A stretch of 64,000 nucleotides of DNA from an uncultured virus (IMG/VR IMGVR_UViG_3300036802_000312) (taxonomy: Duplodnaviria; Heunggongvirae; Uroviricota; Caudoviricetes): IMG/VR virus record IMGVR_UViG_3300036802_000312; one strand, 5' to 3'. Made by a program: the position numbers and the translations under genes. Of this stretch, positions 5,697-14,783 are shown one piece after another. Below the pieces are notes generated by a model. The model did no database searches, was not told the DNA's origin, and saw only the letters and a program-made list of their open reading frames with translations. How positions within the stretch are numbered: position 1 is the first letter of the stretch; each line of letters begins with the position of its first letter.

Positions 5697-6137
5697 ATGA
5701 CTACATTCAAAGTTTACACCGATGCTTCCTCTCGCTATAAAGCGATTGTAGAAGATACAGGAAGTGAAAGGGGGCTGCGAAAAGTCTATCCTTCATCCAT
5801 CGGAGCAGTTATAAAAAATGGTGAACAAGTGATTGGATCAATATCTGAAAAAATAGGTTTTTCAGATTCAAACTATGCTGAATTTTTAGCGATGTACACC
5901 GCTTGTCGATACTTGATTGATCATAAAATTACAAAGGTTGATTTTTATGCTGATTGTCTAAACCTTGTACTGATGATTAATCAAAAAATTATCAGTGGAA
6001 TTCCAGAACTACGGAATCTTTCTTATGCAATCCTTGATTGCTTAAATCAGATCGATAATTATACCGTCACTTGGATCCCACGAAACAGCAACAAAGAAGC
6101 GCATAACATGGCTTCTCAAGCTTTCAAAGTCAGCTAA
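5697..6137 (+). CDS. RNase HI-like protein
   Basis: VYTDAS, SNYAEFLA, YADC, WIPRNSNKEAHNMA motifs. Confidence 0.85.
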   Translation: MTTFKVYTDASSRYKAIVEDTGSERGLRKVYPSSIGAVIKNGEQVIGSISEKIGFSDSNYAEFLAMYTACRYLIDHKITKVDFYADCLNLVLMINQKIISGIPELRNLSYAILDCLNQIDNYTVTWIPRNSNKEAHNMASQAFKVS

Positions 6138-6153
6138 TAACTGACCTTGATTT

Positions 6154-6229
6154 CGGCTCGTAGCTCAGTTGGTAGAGCTTCGGTGTGAAGTACCGAGAGT
6201 CGGGGGTTCAAATCCCTCCGAACCGACCA
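6154..6229 (+). tRNA. trnF: tRNA-Phe(GAA)
   Basis: near-identical to 1794-1869. Confidence 0.88.
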
Positions 6230-6235
6230 TTATAT

Positions 6236-6311
6236 ACTTCATTAGCTCAGAGGACAGAGTGCTTGGCTACGAACCAAGAAGTCGGGAGTTCAAATCTCTC
6301 ATGGAGTGCCA
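6236..6311 (+). tRNA. trnR: tRNA-Arg(ACG)
   Basis: cttgg ctACGaa ccaag. Confidence 0.9.
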
Positions 6312-6318
6312 CAAATAT

Positions 6319-6395
6319 CTGGACTTAGCTCAGTTTGGTAGAGTACATGCCTTGGAAGCATGGGGTCGTTGGTTCAAGTCCAACAGTTCAGACCA
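6319..6395 (+). tRNA. trnP: tRNA-Pro(TGG)
   Basis: catgc ctTGGaa gcatg. Confidence 0.9.
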
Positions 6396-6400
6396 TATAT

Positions 6401-6477
6401 GCTGTTATAGCTCAGTTGGTTAGAGTGCCTGTCTGATAAGCAGGAGGTCAGTGGTTCAAATCCATTTAACAGCACCA
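6401..6477 (+). tRNA. trnI: tRNA-Ile(GAT)
   Basis: cctgt ctGATaa gcagg. Confidence 0.9.
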
Positions 6478-6482
6478 AATAT

Positions 6483-6559
6483 GCTGAATTAGCTTAGTTA
6501 GGTAGAGCATCCCCTTGGTATGGGGAAGGTCGATGGTTCGAATCCATTATTCAGCTCCA
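6483..6559 (+). tRNA. trnT: tRNA-Thr(GGT)
   Basis: tcccc ttGGTat gggga. Confidence 0.88.
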
Positions 6560-6564
6560 ATTAT

Positions 6565-6640
6565 GGGGTCATAGCTCAATTGGTAGAGCGACTGCTTTGC
6601 AAGCGGAAGGTTAAGGGTTCAAGCCCCTTTGATTCCACCA
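6565..6640 (+). tRNA. trnA: tRNA-Ala(TGC)
   Basis: loop ttTGCaa; G3:U70. Confidence 0.9.
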
Positions 6641-6667
6641 TTAAAGAATATGAATGAGGTGTAAGTT

Positions 6668-7552
6668 ATGAACGTGCTGTTTTGTTCTAATCCGCTCAAT
6701 TCCAAACAAGTAGATGAAGAGTATGAGCAAGAATATAATATAGCTCGATTTATGGGAATTAATCCGGCTTTAATTGATATCGAATCATTGTTGGAGGGGG
6801 ATGCAAAATCCGCTATACGATCTGTTCGTAAAAATGAAAATAGTTCACTTGCGATTTATCGTGGATGGATGTTAACGCCACATCATTATCGAGAACTATA
6901 TGAAGCTTTAAAAACCAAAAACATAGCATTAATTAATACACCTGAACAATATATTCATTGTCATTACCTTCCTAACAGCTTTGAACATATTCAATTAAAA
7001 AGTATGGAGACAAAGTGGATGAAGGTAACCGAGATGGATTTACTCCTGAAAGCAATGCTAAAGAGCTTCGGCAATAGTGCCTTGATCGTAAAAGATTACG
7101 TAAAGTCAAGAAAACATGATTGGCATGAAGCTTGTTTTATTCCTACTGCGAGTGATACTGAGCAAGCTGAAAAGGTCATTCGTCGATTTATCGAGTTGCA
7201 AGCAGAAATGCTTGCCGAGGGAATTGTACTTCGTGAATTTGTGGAACTTGAAATCATGGGCTATCACCCTTTAAGTAACATGCCACTTGCAAATGAAAGA
7301 AGATTATTCTTCTTAAATCATCAACTCATAGCTAATTTTGAATATTGGGATGAAATGCTTTACAACAATGACCACTTCCCATTAGAGGAATTTGTTACAT
7401 TAGCCCGAAAAGTGAAAAGTAATTTCTTCACAATGGATGTAGCAAAGAAGAGTAATGGAGAATGGATAATTATGGAGCTTGGTGACGGTCAAGTGTCTGG
7501 ATTGCCCATAAAAGCAGATTTGAAATCATTTTATGAGCAAATTTGTTTATGA
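6668..7552 (+). CDS. ATP-grasp domain protein (R2K/DUF4343-like)
   Basis: YRGWML, IVKDYVKSRKH, ERRLFF, FTMDVA, IMELGDGQVSG; SD GAGGTG. Confidence 0.8.
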   Translation: MNVLFCSNPLNSKQVDEEYEQEYNIARFMGINPALIDIESLLEGDAKSAIRSVRKNENSSLAIYRGWMLTPHHYRELYEALKTKNIALINTPEQYIHCHYLPNSFEHIQLKSMETKWMKVTEMDLLLKAMLKSFGNSALIVKDYVKSRKHDWHEACFIPTASDTEQAEKVIRRFIELQAEMLAEGIVLREFVELEIMGYHPLSNMPLANERRLFFLNHQLIANFEYWDEMLYNNDHFPLEEFVTLARKVKSNFFTMDVAKKSNGEWIIMELGDGQVSGLPIKADLKSFYEQICL

Positions 7553-7675
7553 AAATATTAAGAACTGTTAAGTAATGAAGAAATCGTTCTTGAAGCGATT
7601 TTAAGATCGGTTTCTTCACTTAACCAGTAGCATTTATGGGGTAGTAGCTCACCTCTCGATTTCACTAAAAAATAT

Positions 7676-7775
7676 GTGGAGTATACAACTGGTGTTGTCA
7701 GAGTCGCACTCTGAGTGGGGTTTGATTCCCTTTTATCATGATGACTGGTAGGTTCAATTCCTGCATTCCGCACAA
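7676..7775 (+). ncRNA. tRNA-like RNA with an extra T-loop-like arm
   Basis: GTGGAGT/ATTCCGC acceptor, ACAAC/GTTGT D-arm, CAGAGT/ACTCTG arm, GGGtttgattCCC extra arm, GTAGG ttcaatt CCTGC T-arm. Confidence 0.5.
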
Positions 7776-7783
7776 TAAACTAT

Positions 7784-7871
7784 GGAGTCATGGCTGAATG
7801 GCTAAAGCACCGTCCTGCTAAGACGGCGAAGGGGAAACCCTGTACAGGTTCGAATCCTGTTGACTCCGCCA
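7784..7871 (+). tRNA. trnS: tRNA-Ser(GCT)
   Basis: ccgtc ctGCTaa gacgg; long arm. Confidence 0.92.
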
Positions 7872-7874
7872 TAT

Positions 7875-7962
7875 GGATCGTTGGCAGAGAGGCTTAATGC
7901 ATCATCTTGGAAAGGTGACGAGTGTAACAGCTCCGTAGGTTCAAATCCTACACGATCCGCCA
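7875..7962 (+). tRNA. trnS: tRNA-Ser(GGA)
   Basis: tcatc ttGGAaa ggtga. Confidence 0.92.
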
Positions 7963-8022
7963 AAAACATTTTAGTAATTGTGTACAGTTGCGTCTAAGTG
8001 TAGACGTTTCACAAAAAAATAT

Positions 8023-8100
8023 CTGGATTTAGCTTAGCTTGGTTAGAGTACGTGCCTTGGAAGCACGGAGTCGTTGGTTCGAATCCAACAGTCCAGACCA
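8023..8100 (+). tRNA. trnP: tRNA-Pro(TGG)
   Basis: cgtgc ctTGGaa gcacg. Confidence 0.9.
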
Positions 8101-8104
8101 ATAA

Positions 8105-8194
8105 GGAGAGTTGGCAGAGTCAGGCTTAATGTACCAGTTTCGAAAACTGGAGGGTGTAACAGCTCCAAGGGTTCAAATCCCTTACTCTCCTCCA
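8105..8194 (+). tRNA. trnS: tRNA-Ser(CGA)
   Basis: ccagt ttCGAaa actgg. Confidence 0.92.
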
Positions 8195-8219
8195 CAATAG
8201 ATTTTGTATAATTATATAT

Positions 8220-8306
8220 GGAAGGCTACCGAAATGGTTATAACGGCGTTGCTTTGAAAGCTTCTGTGATTTAAAAGTCCTGGGGGTTCGAATCCCCCGC
8301 CTTCCT
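8220..8306 (+). tRNA. trnS: tRNA-Ser(TGA), no encoded CCA
   Basis: gttgc ttTGAaa gcttc (weak stem). Confidence 0.75.
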
Positions 8307-8313
8307 TTTAATA

Positions 8314-8418
8314 TGAGTTTCGGTCTTTATCTAACGTAATGTTAGGGCTTGTTTACTCCTAAAACCTCCTCCTTAGAATCGACCTCCATCCACTATTTAC
8401 GATAATCCGAATGACTCA
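8314..8418 (+). ncRNA. candidate C-rich (anti-SD) sRNA
   Basis: terminal stem TGAGT-TTCGG/CCGAA-tg-ACTCA enclosing ACTCCT, ACCTCCTCCTT, GACCTCC. Confidence 0.35.
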
Positions 8419-9196
8419 AACGTTTGAATATAAAAAAACTAAAAGCAGATCATGGGATTTGCTTTTTTATTGTGAAATTATTTATTTTAGTTTTGCATCC
8501 ATATACATAGAGAAAACAAAAAAAGCCAGCAATATCTCTGACTTTTAGGTGATACTCGTTATTTGATCCAATAACGTATCCAAGTATTATAACTTGTGTC
8601 CACGTTAGGTTTAAGGTTGAACGTTTCTGTCTCTGTAGGACAAGTGTCATGACTATACTCTAAATGTTGATAAGATTTTAGTTCATTATCGGGTATGTTT
8701 TCAAGTGAAAAGCCTTTGAGTCTTGTAGATAATGACATGATAAGACCTCCTTTAAATAGATTAGAAAGTAATTAAATGCTTTCTATATATAATAGATGGA
8801 AGTCTTAAATCTATAATAGAAATCTAAAAATAAGAAACAAGTCAACTTCTATAGTAAGCAACCGACAATTAATGACCTCTTTTAAGACTTGTAATTTTCT
8901 TAGAACAAAAAAACCAACTGTATAGTTGGCTTTTTTCCCTTATACTTATATAATATACTGAATCGATTCGGCAGTCTAAGTTTATAATTAATACATCTAC
9001 GAAAAAATATAAGTTAATGGAAGAATTATCTGTAGGTTAAATTGTAACCTTGTTAGTTATTAGCGGGATTAATTAGTTGAGAAAATTAATGAGAGAATAT
9101 ACTTTTGAATAAATCCAATTTTACATATAATCTAATAGTTTTAAATTAAATGAACAGTCGATTGTATTGATCATCTTATGTAGGCGGGTATATGGG

Positions 9197-9604
9197 ATGG
9201 AAGATTTACAATGGGAGATTTATAAGAAAGAACTAATTGATAATTTATATCAGGTTGGAATAAGCAAAAGTCTGGGGTATTTACCTATCTTGACGATTAC
9301 AAGTGAAGTGTACTGTAATTTATCAATTCAAGAGGTGCTGGATTATGCTGTAATGCATCAGATTAAATCCTTGGTATTACCGCAACCAGAATGTAATATC
9401 GGATCTGGAGCTGTTTATTTTTATAATGAGGACATGTTGATGTCTATATTGCAAAAAAATAAAGAATATTTGCAAAGTGCTGGCATACCACATGAAGACT
9501 GTTTAATGTATATACGTTACATTTCCAATCGACATGTGAGTCAAGAAAAATATCATGAAGCATATCAAGTCGTAGCTCTAACATTCAATTTATATACGAG
9601 ATAA
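9197..9604 (+). CDS. hypothetical protein
   Basis: ORF followed by terminator; distantly similar in style to 25828-26382. Confidence 0.65.
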   Translation: MEDLQWEIYKKELIDNLYQVGISKSLGYLPILTITSEVYCNLSIQEVLDYAVMHQIKSLVLPQPECNIGSGAVYFYNEDMLMSILQKNKEYLQSAGIPHEDCLMYIRYISNRHVSQEKYHEAYQVVALTFNLYTR

Positions 9605-9740
9605 TACCATTTCAAGCTGATCGTAGATTGGCTTTTTTTATATCTTCCCATCTGGAAAAGCGAAATCGATCTTTGATGAATAAATAGAATTAATAATGGA
9701 AACCCTATGTCAATGCTGCATAATGACAAAGGGGTTAACC

Positions 9741-10346
9741 ATGAATAAGCCTGAACCTTACATTGAATATGTTGCGAGAGTGAAGAAATATAAGGAAGAA
9801 TACCAGTGTGAAGATGTACCTACTATAATACTTCGTCGATGGCGAAGAGAGTTGGGTCTAAGTCTTCCTGGGAAGAAAAGCAAAATAAAAGTTGAATTGA
9901 ATAATGAAGTAAAGTCAATACCAAGACTGTCAGATGAAACAGGTATTCCAAAGGAAGTTCTTTATTACAGATATAGAAAAGGAATCAGAGGTGAAGATCT
10001 TATAAACACTGAATCTTTGTCTTCTCGTACAATAAGAGTTAAATATAAAGGGGAATTGATTACCTTAAATCAATTAGCTGAAAAAATCGGAATTCAAAAG
10101 GATTCGCTCTATTCAAAACTTCGAGAAGGTTCAGAAGGAGTCAAATTGACTAAAGAGGTTAAGTCTAAAGCGAAAATATTGATTGAGTATAACAATGAAT
10201 TTAAAACCGTTGAGGAATTGTCGAGGGAATTGGGGATTCCTAAAAGTACATTGTATTATAGAATTCGAAATGCTGCTAAAAAGAATAACGTTAGAAGAAA
10301 AACAGCGCAAGTGGAAATAGAAGATATCAATTCTACTGATAAATGA
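9741..10346 (+). CDS. protein with three tandem HTH repeats (HNH-endonuclease C-terminal type)
   Basis: repeats of I.YxGE.xTL.xLAE..GI.K..LYYR. Confidence 0.7.
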   Translation: MNKPEPYIEYVARVKKYKEEYQCEDVPTIILRRWRRELGLSLPGKKSKIKVELNNEVKSIPRLSDETGIPKEVLYYRYRKGIRGEDLINTESLSSRTIRVKYKGELITLNQLAEKIGIQKDSLYSKLREGSEGVKLTKEVKSKAKILIEYNNEFKTVEELSRELGIPKSTLYYRIRNAAKKNNVRRKTAQVEIEDINSTDK

Positions 10347-10588
10347 ATCACAATCTAATTTAGTTATAAAAAACTGATAGTGATGTTATTCGTTTTATTA
10401 CACATCAATATGAATAAATTTCAAGTGTATTAACATAAAAAAGCTGAGCTGATCTTCGGATTAGCTCTTTTTGGTTTTTGAGTAGTTAATTAAAAAAGCC
10501 CAAGTATAATAAAGAAAATGCAGAGCCATGGAGTTATCAATATAACAATTTTAAAACTTGAGATTTATATATGAGAGGATGAGAAAAG

Positions 10589-11770
10589 ATGGATGTATCA
10601 ATTTTTTCTACATATGAAAGTGTGCTGTCAGGTAAAATCAAGAGATTTCCAGGGCACACATGGGAAGGTCATAATCATGGGAAAGAATCATTTAAGCGTT
10701 GTTTTAGATATCTTATAAACGAACATCTTAGTATAACAAAAGAAGAATTACTGGAACGTGTGAATTTTTCTTTTTTTCGATTATTTAAGCTTGGAGGAGG
10801 TATCAATTTGTTTAATGACAGTCCATATGAGGCTGTTGCTTTTAGTTTTCCTGAGTGGAATATTCAACCTTGGGAATTGAAATCAACTCCAAATAGCTAT
10901 TGGAATCTGGATACATGTAAATTAGCAGTTCGTTGGCTCTTTCATGAAAAATTAAAATGGGATAGATATGAAATTTGTCAGAATTCGACTCAATTATTAT
11001 TTAAAGAATACAAAATTGAAAAAGCTATTCAAGCTCTTAGAAAAAAGAAAATTTATCCCAAAACAGGATTTTTTGAAGCGATTCATTTTTCATTTCCTGA
11101 GTACAAATATATGAAATGGGAATTCAAAAATGTGGGAACTTGGTCAAAAATTGAAATTAAAGATGCAGTGAAATGGATATTTGAGGTTGAACTTCAATGG
11201 TCTGTTGAAATGATTCAAAAAAGAATTAATCTTAAAATATTTAGCCATCATAATTTATTGAATTTATTCTATATTTATTTTGGGAACTTGTACGAATTAA
11301 TGGAATATGTTTATCCTGCTCAGGATTGGACAGGTTTAAAAGAATTCACATTCTTCATTCGCTCTGAAGAGCGAATTATAGATCTTAGAGACGAGGGAAA
11401 ACAAGTATATGGATACAAGATGACTGATGCTGAGGTAATAGAAGCCAGAAAATTGTACTATTCAGGTCAATTAAACTACAATCAATTAGGTGAAAAGTAT
11501 GGGTTTAATAATGAAACCATGAGTAATGCCATTAGAGGAGTTACATATTCACATATCAAAGAAGGAATCCCAATTGATGACAAGTTCATTCGAACATCTG
11601 TCCTTGCAAAAGAATATGAAATTGATGAGCGGCGTATTCGTTGTTTGATTGAAATAGGAATATTACGGGGGAGAAAATGGGGAGCTTTTTGGTATGTAGA
11701 TCCTGAACAGGCTCGTGAATATTATTTAAACCCCAAAAATGTTATTAAAAGGAGAAAAATAAATAGTTAA
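10589..11770 (+). CDS. DUF4046-like repeat protein with C-terminal HTH domains
   Basis: YESVLSGKIKRFP..W, SPYEA...FPE..PWELK..P..YW repeats. Confidence 0.7.
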   Translation: MDVSIFSTYESVLSGKIKRFPGHTWEGHNHGKESFKRCFRYLINEHLSITKEELLERVNFSFFRLFKLGGGINLFNDSPYEAVAFSFPEWNIQPWELKSTPNSYWNLDTCKLAVRWLFHEKLKWDRYEICQNSTQLLFKEYKIEKAIQALRKKKIYPKTGFFEAIHFSFPEYKYMKWEFKNVGTWSKIEIKDAVKWIFEVELQWSVEMIQKRINLKIFSHHNLLNLFYIYFGNLYELMEYVYPAQDWTGLKEFTFFIRSEERIIDLRDEGKQVYGYKMTDAEVIEARKLYYSGQLNYNQLGEKYGFNNETMSNAIRGVTYSHIKEGIPIDDKFIRTSVLAKEYEIDERRIRCLIEIGILRGRKWGAFWYVDPEQAREYYLNPKNVIKRRKINS

Positions 11771-11994
11771 CAATGAATTGCCGACTAATAATTATTAGTC
11801 GGATCTTTTTACATAGTTTATGTCGTTTGTCTTATAACAAAATAAAGAGTGATCCCTAAAAACATTCTTCACCAAAGATTTCAGCTATTAATTAAAGTAT
11901 CGATTAGAATACAATTTCTACAAAAAAACTAAAATACAGAGTACATGATAAATAAGGAGATTCTATCATTATATTTGAAAGGAAGCGTTTATTT

Positions 11995-12837
11995 ATGGCG
12001 AAAACAATCTGGTTGAAAAATGGAAGGAAAGAGTGGAGGTTATTGAGGTTATTTGGATTCCAATCGTTAGAGAAATTTGCAACAGATGAATTTATCTTGG
12101 GTGAATTGGCTTATTTCTGTTTGTATGCAATTGGAGAAACATCAAAACCGGTATATCAATACGAATTGATAGTCTCATCGGTTAGTGAATCAATTATTGT
12201 ATTTTCTGATGGGAAATCTCCCGAAACTGCGGCTATTCAAGCTCATCTAATTAATGAAAAAGATTGGTCATTTAAACTCATCATCGATGGAGTTGAAACA
12301 TTACCTGCACCATCTGTAACAACAGGTTCTTTAAATGATCTTCTGGATGATATAAGTGAAGATGCTTATGCTGTATGTTTGGAAGGTAGTATGGCAGGGA
12401 AAATTCTATCTATCCAGTACTACGGATTAGGTTGGTTCCTTCATTGGGAACATAACAATGAAAGAGCAGACGGATTCCTCGATAAAAAATTTGCCTTGAT
12501 TGATAATCGTGACATTCTAATTCTTAAAAGCACAAAGGTAAATCAAATTCAAAATGTGAAAGCACTCAATTATGAACTTGGTGCGATGATGGCTCAAATT
12601 GCGGATATTCTTGAATTAGATGAGCCAAAAGTGGAAGGATTTATGACAATCATCAACAGCGTAGGACATGAAAATCTTGTACGCGAAGCTTTCTATCTTG
12701 GGTTTTCGAGTGAACGTGCAAATATGAACTTCTTATTTGAAAAGTCATATGAAAAATTCGAAGAAAGTATCTCCAGGCTTGGAATCGAAGTTAAAGCAGC
12801 GACAGAATGGGAGCAAAATCTTATAGCAAAAAAATAG
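11995..12837 (+). CDS. hypothetical protein
   Basis: 280-aa ORF with SD. Confidence 0.75.
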   Translation: MAKTIWLKNGRKEWRLLRLFGFQSLEKFATDEFILGELAYFCLYAIGETSKPVYQYELIVSSVSESIIVFSDGKSPETAAIQAHLINEKDWSFKLIIDGVETLPAPSVTTGSLNDLLDDISEDAYAVCLEGSMAGKILSIQYYGLGWFLHWEHNNERADGFLDKKFALIDNRDILILKSTKVNQIQNVKALNYELGAMMAQIADILELDEPKVEGFMTIINSVGHENLVREAFYLGFSSERANMNFLFEKSYEKFEESISRLGIEVKAATEWEQNLIAKK

Positions 12838-13110
12838 TGACAATATCAATATTGTATTGAACAGAAATTTGATCCTTGTTCCTGGTTTTTAATTTCGAAT
12901 TATAGTCTTTATTAAATACAACAAGTAAGAGTGGAGAGATTTCAAGTTATCTTTTACTTGTTGTAAAATCAATACTTAATATAGTAAAAGACATTAATCG
13001 ACTGTATATACGAAATAGAATACATGCATGTGATATTTTGGTATACTTGAACCCAAATGAAACTTTATTCAGCAATAAGGGAAAGGCAGGAGATCAATAT
13101 AGGAAAGGGC

Positions 13111-14067
13111 ATGAAGGTTCTTTTAGTAATAGGATTAATCATTTGTCTTGGATTAATATTCACTGGACTTTTGATTGGATATACACATATTAACTGGACG
13201 GTTGTAGATCCTTGGATTTTAAAAGCTTTAGAACTGCATAAAAAAGGAAGCAAAGCATATTACGGATTTTTCTTTGTTAGCATCGTTATTTATATCATAT
13301 ATGCGACTCATTCTTTCCGAAAGGATCCTGAGAAATTTACGGATGACATTTGGAAATTAAGAAAAGTTCTCTATGTACTATTTCTGATCGTAATAAGCAT
13401 TGGGATAGTATTAGGGTATGTTGATTTTCGAGACTGGAAGATCTTGCTTCAGCTCACAGCCATAATCATTTTTGTTGATTTGGCAGTGTTTCAAACACCA
13501 AGTATCACGAAGATATGGAACGCAGAGTTTCAACATCGATCAAAAATAGAGAAGACCATTGAAGTCAATGTTGAATTCATTGCTTCGACAGGAATGAAGC
13601 TTCAGATTTTCTCTGATGCAATTAAGAAAACAGAAGATTATTTTGACCCAATATCTACGATTCCGAATAATTGGAATAGTTATCAGCGTGAGTTGAAACG
13701 TTATCTATCCCTATATACAAGTGAATTTCGTTTTCGATTAGAACTATTTCCGTTTCAACTTGGAGTTGATGAAGCAGAAACGAGACAGCGTATCGATAGA
13801 GCATTTTCACAATTGGAAACGTTGTTTCTTTATGAGGTTGATGATACTCCGGGAAAAGAGAATCAGCCAGGCTTAAGAACTCAAACTCTTAATAGCCTCG
13901 CGAATGGTGTGGGATCTATTATAGAGAAAGACAAACTGATTGTTATTCCAATTTTCTCACAAAGAAACTCCTTAATGGGTATCCGAGCGAATGATGCATC
14001 TCGAATTGATGAGGTTGATATTACAAACATCGTTAATATGGTTCGTATATTTGATTGGTATATGTAA
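13111..14067 (+). CDS. spoIISA: SpoIISA-family membrane toxin
   Basis: TM helices with YATHSF..LRKVLYVLF..FVDLAVF then a cytoplasmic domain ending KLIVIP..IDEVD, matching the B. subtilis SpoIISA layout from memory. Confidence 0.7.
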   Translation: MKVLLVIGLIICLGLIFTGLLIGYTHINWTVVDPWILKALELHKKGSKAYYGFFFVSIVIYIIYATHSFRKDPEKFTDDIWKLRKVLYVLFLIVISIGIVLGYVDFRDWKILLQLTAIIIFVDLAVFQTPSITKIWNAEFQHRSKIEKTIEVNVEFIASTGMKLQIFSDAIKKTEDYFDPISTIPNNWNSYQRELKRYLSLYTSEFRFRLELFPFQLGVDEAETRQRIDRAFSQLETLFLYEVDDTPGKENQPGLRTQTLNSLANGVGSIIEKDKLIVIPIFSQRNSLMGIRANDASRIDEVDITNIVNMVRIFDWYM

Positions 14068-14127
14068 AATTCGTATGTTACAATATTAGTAGATAGATCG
14101 ATAGATTGTTCTAAAGGAGGAATTTGC

Positions 14128-14295
14128 ATGGCAAAAGTTGCTAATCGAGTGGAAGACAGACGGAGAGCAAGTCGTGGAGAAGCTCCTGTAAAATTAAACT
14201 CAGGAAAATCTTTAGAGACAAAGGTGACTATTTCTAATGGATTTAAAGAGTTGCGAGATATTAATCGCAAAGCTCTTATTAGTTTGAAACATTAA
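14128..14295 (+). CDS. small basic protein, SpoIISB-like antitoxin candidate (55 aa)
   Basis: SD AAAGGAGG; MAKVANRVEDRRRASRG...; directly after the toxin; missing from the ORF track. Confidence 0.6.
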   Translation: MAKVANRVEDRRRASRGEAPVKLNSGKSLETKVTISNGFKELRDINRKALISLKH

Positions 14296-14314
14296 TTATA
14301 TGAGAACTTCATAT

Positions 14315-14339
14315 AGGTAGGGGAAACCCTACCTTTTTT
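14315..14339 (+). terminator. intrinsic terminator
   Basis: AGGTAGGG-gaaa-CCCTACCT followed by T-run. Confidence 0.75.
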
Positions 14340-14404
14340 GTTTTGTTATAAAACTCTTATCCAATGGTTAGAATGATTAACAATTGTGATAGGAGGGATC
14401 TACC

Positions 14405-14554
14405 ATGGCTACTGTAAAAAAAGGAATTAAAAATAAGAACACTTATGAAATGAAAACCCCTAAAATTGGTCAGCGTGAATTAAAAGATTCAAAGAAAGCT
14501 TTACAATTATTACGAACTGAGCGAATAGCCGACAAAAAACGATTTTGGACGTAA
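14405..14554 (+). CDS. small basic protein, SpoIISC-like second antitoxin candidate (49 aa)
   Basis: SD AGGAGG; MATVKKGIKNKNTYEMKTPK...; own terminator at about 14575-14607. Confidence 0.55.
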   Translation: MATVKKGIKNKNTYEMKTPKIGQRELKDSKKALQLLRTERIADKKRFWT

Positions 14555-14783
14555 TATACTAACATATTGTATAAAAAGACCTTGAATTATTTAAGGTCTT
14601 TTTTTTATCCCGTTAGAATGACAACAATATAAAAACATTTTATGAGCTAAGATCTATTTCACTATGGCACATTTATATTATATAAGTTATTTTCATTGTT
14701 TTTAGTCAATATTAATTTACACGTTTACTATTTGATGATATTATCTAATATATAGACTATAGTCAACGGGAGGATTCGTATCA

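Larger units (their letters stand above)
374..8306 (+). other. tRNA gene array (about 61 tRNA/tRNA-like genes, all 20 amino acids)
   Basis: Tandem cloverleafs with GGTTCRA T-loops, mostly encoded CCA, short AT-rich spacers, all on +. Confidence 0.97.

Noticed and set aside
408..7773. ORF-track ORFs overlapping tRNAs (408-725, 2560-2778, 3021-3320, 3025-3255, 3306-3545, 3698-3964, 4623-4823, 5397-5740, 6169-6423, 7558-7773)
   Set aside because: They are translations of tRNA sequence without SDs. Only the SD-led 3' ends at 2734 and 3205 are kept as leader peptides.
8450..8738. Minus-strand SD-led ORF broken by a stop (MSLSTRLKGF...* then MTLVLQ...)
   Set aside because: Possibly a gene remnant, but I cannot recognise a family.
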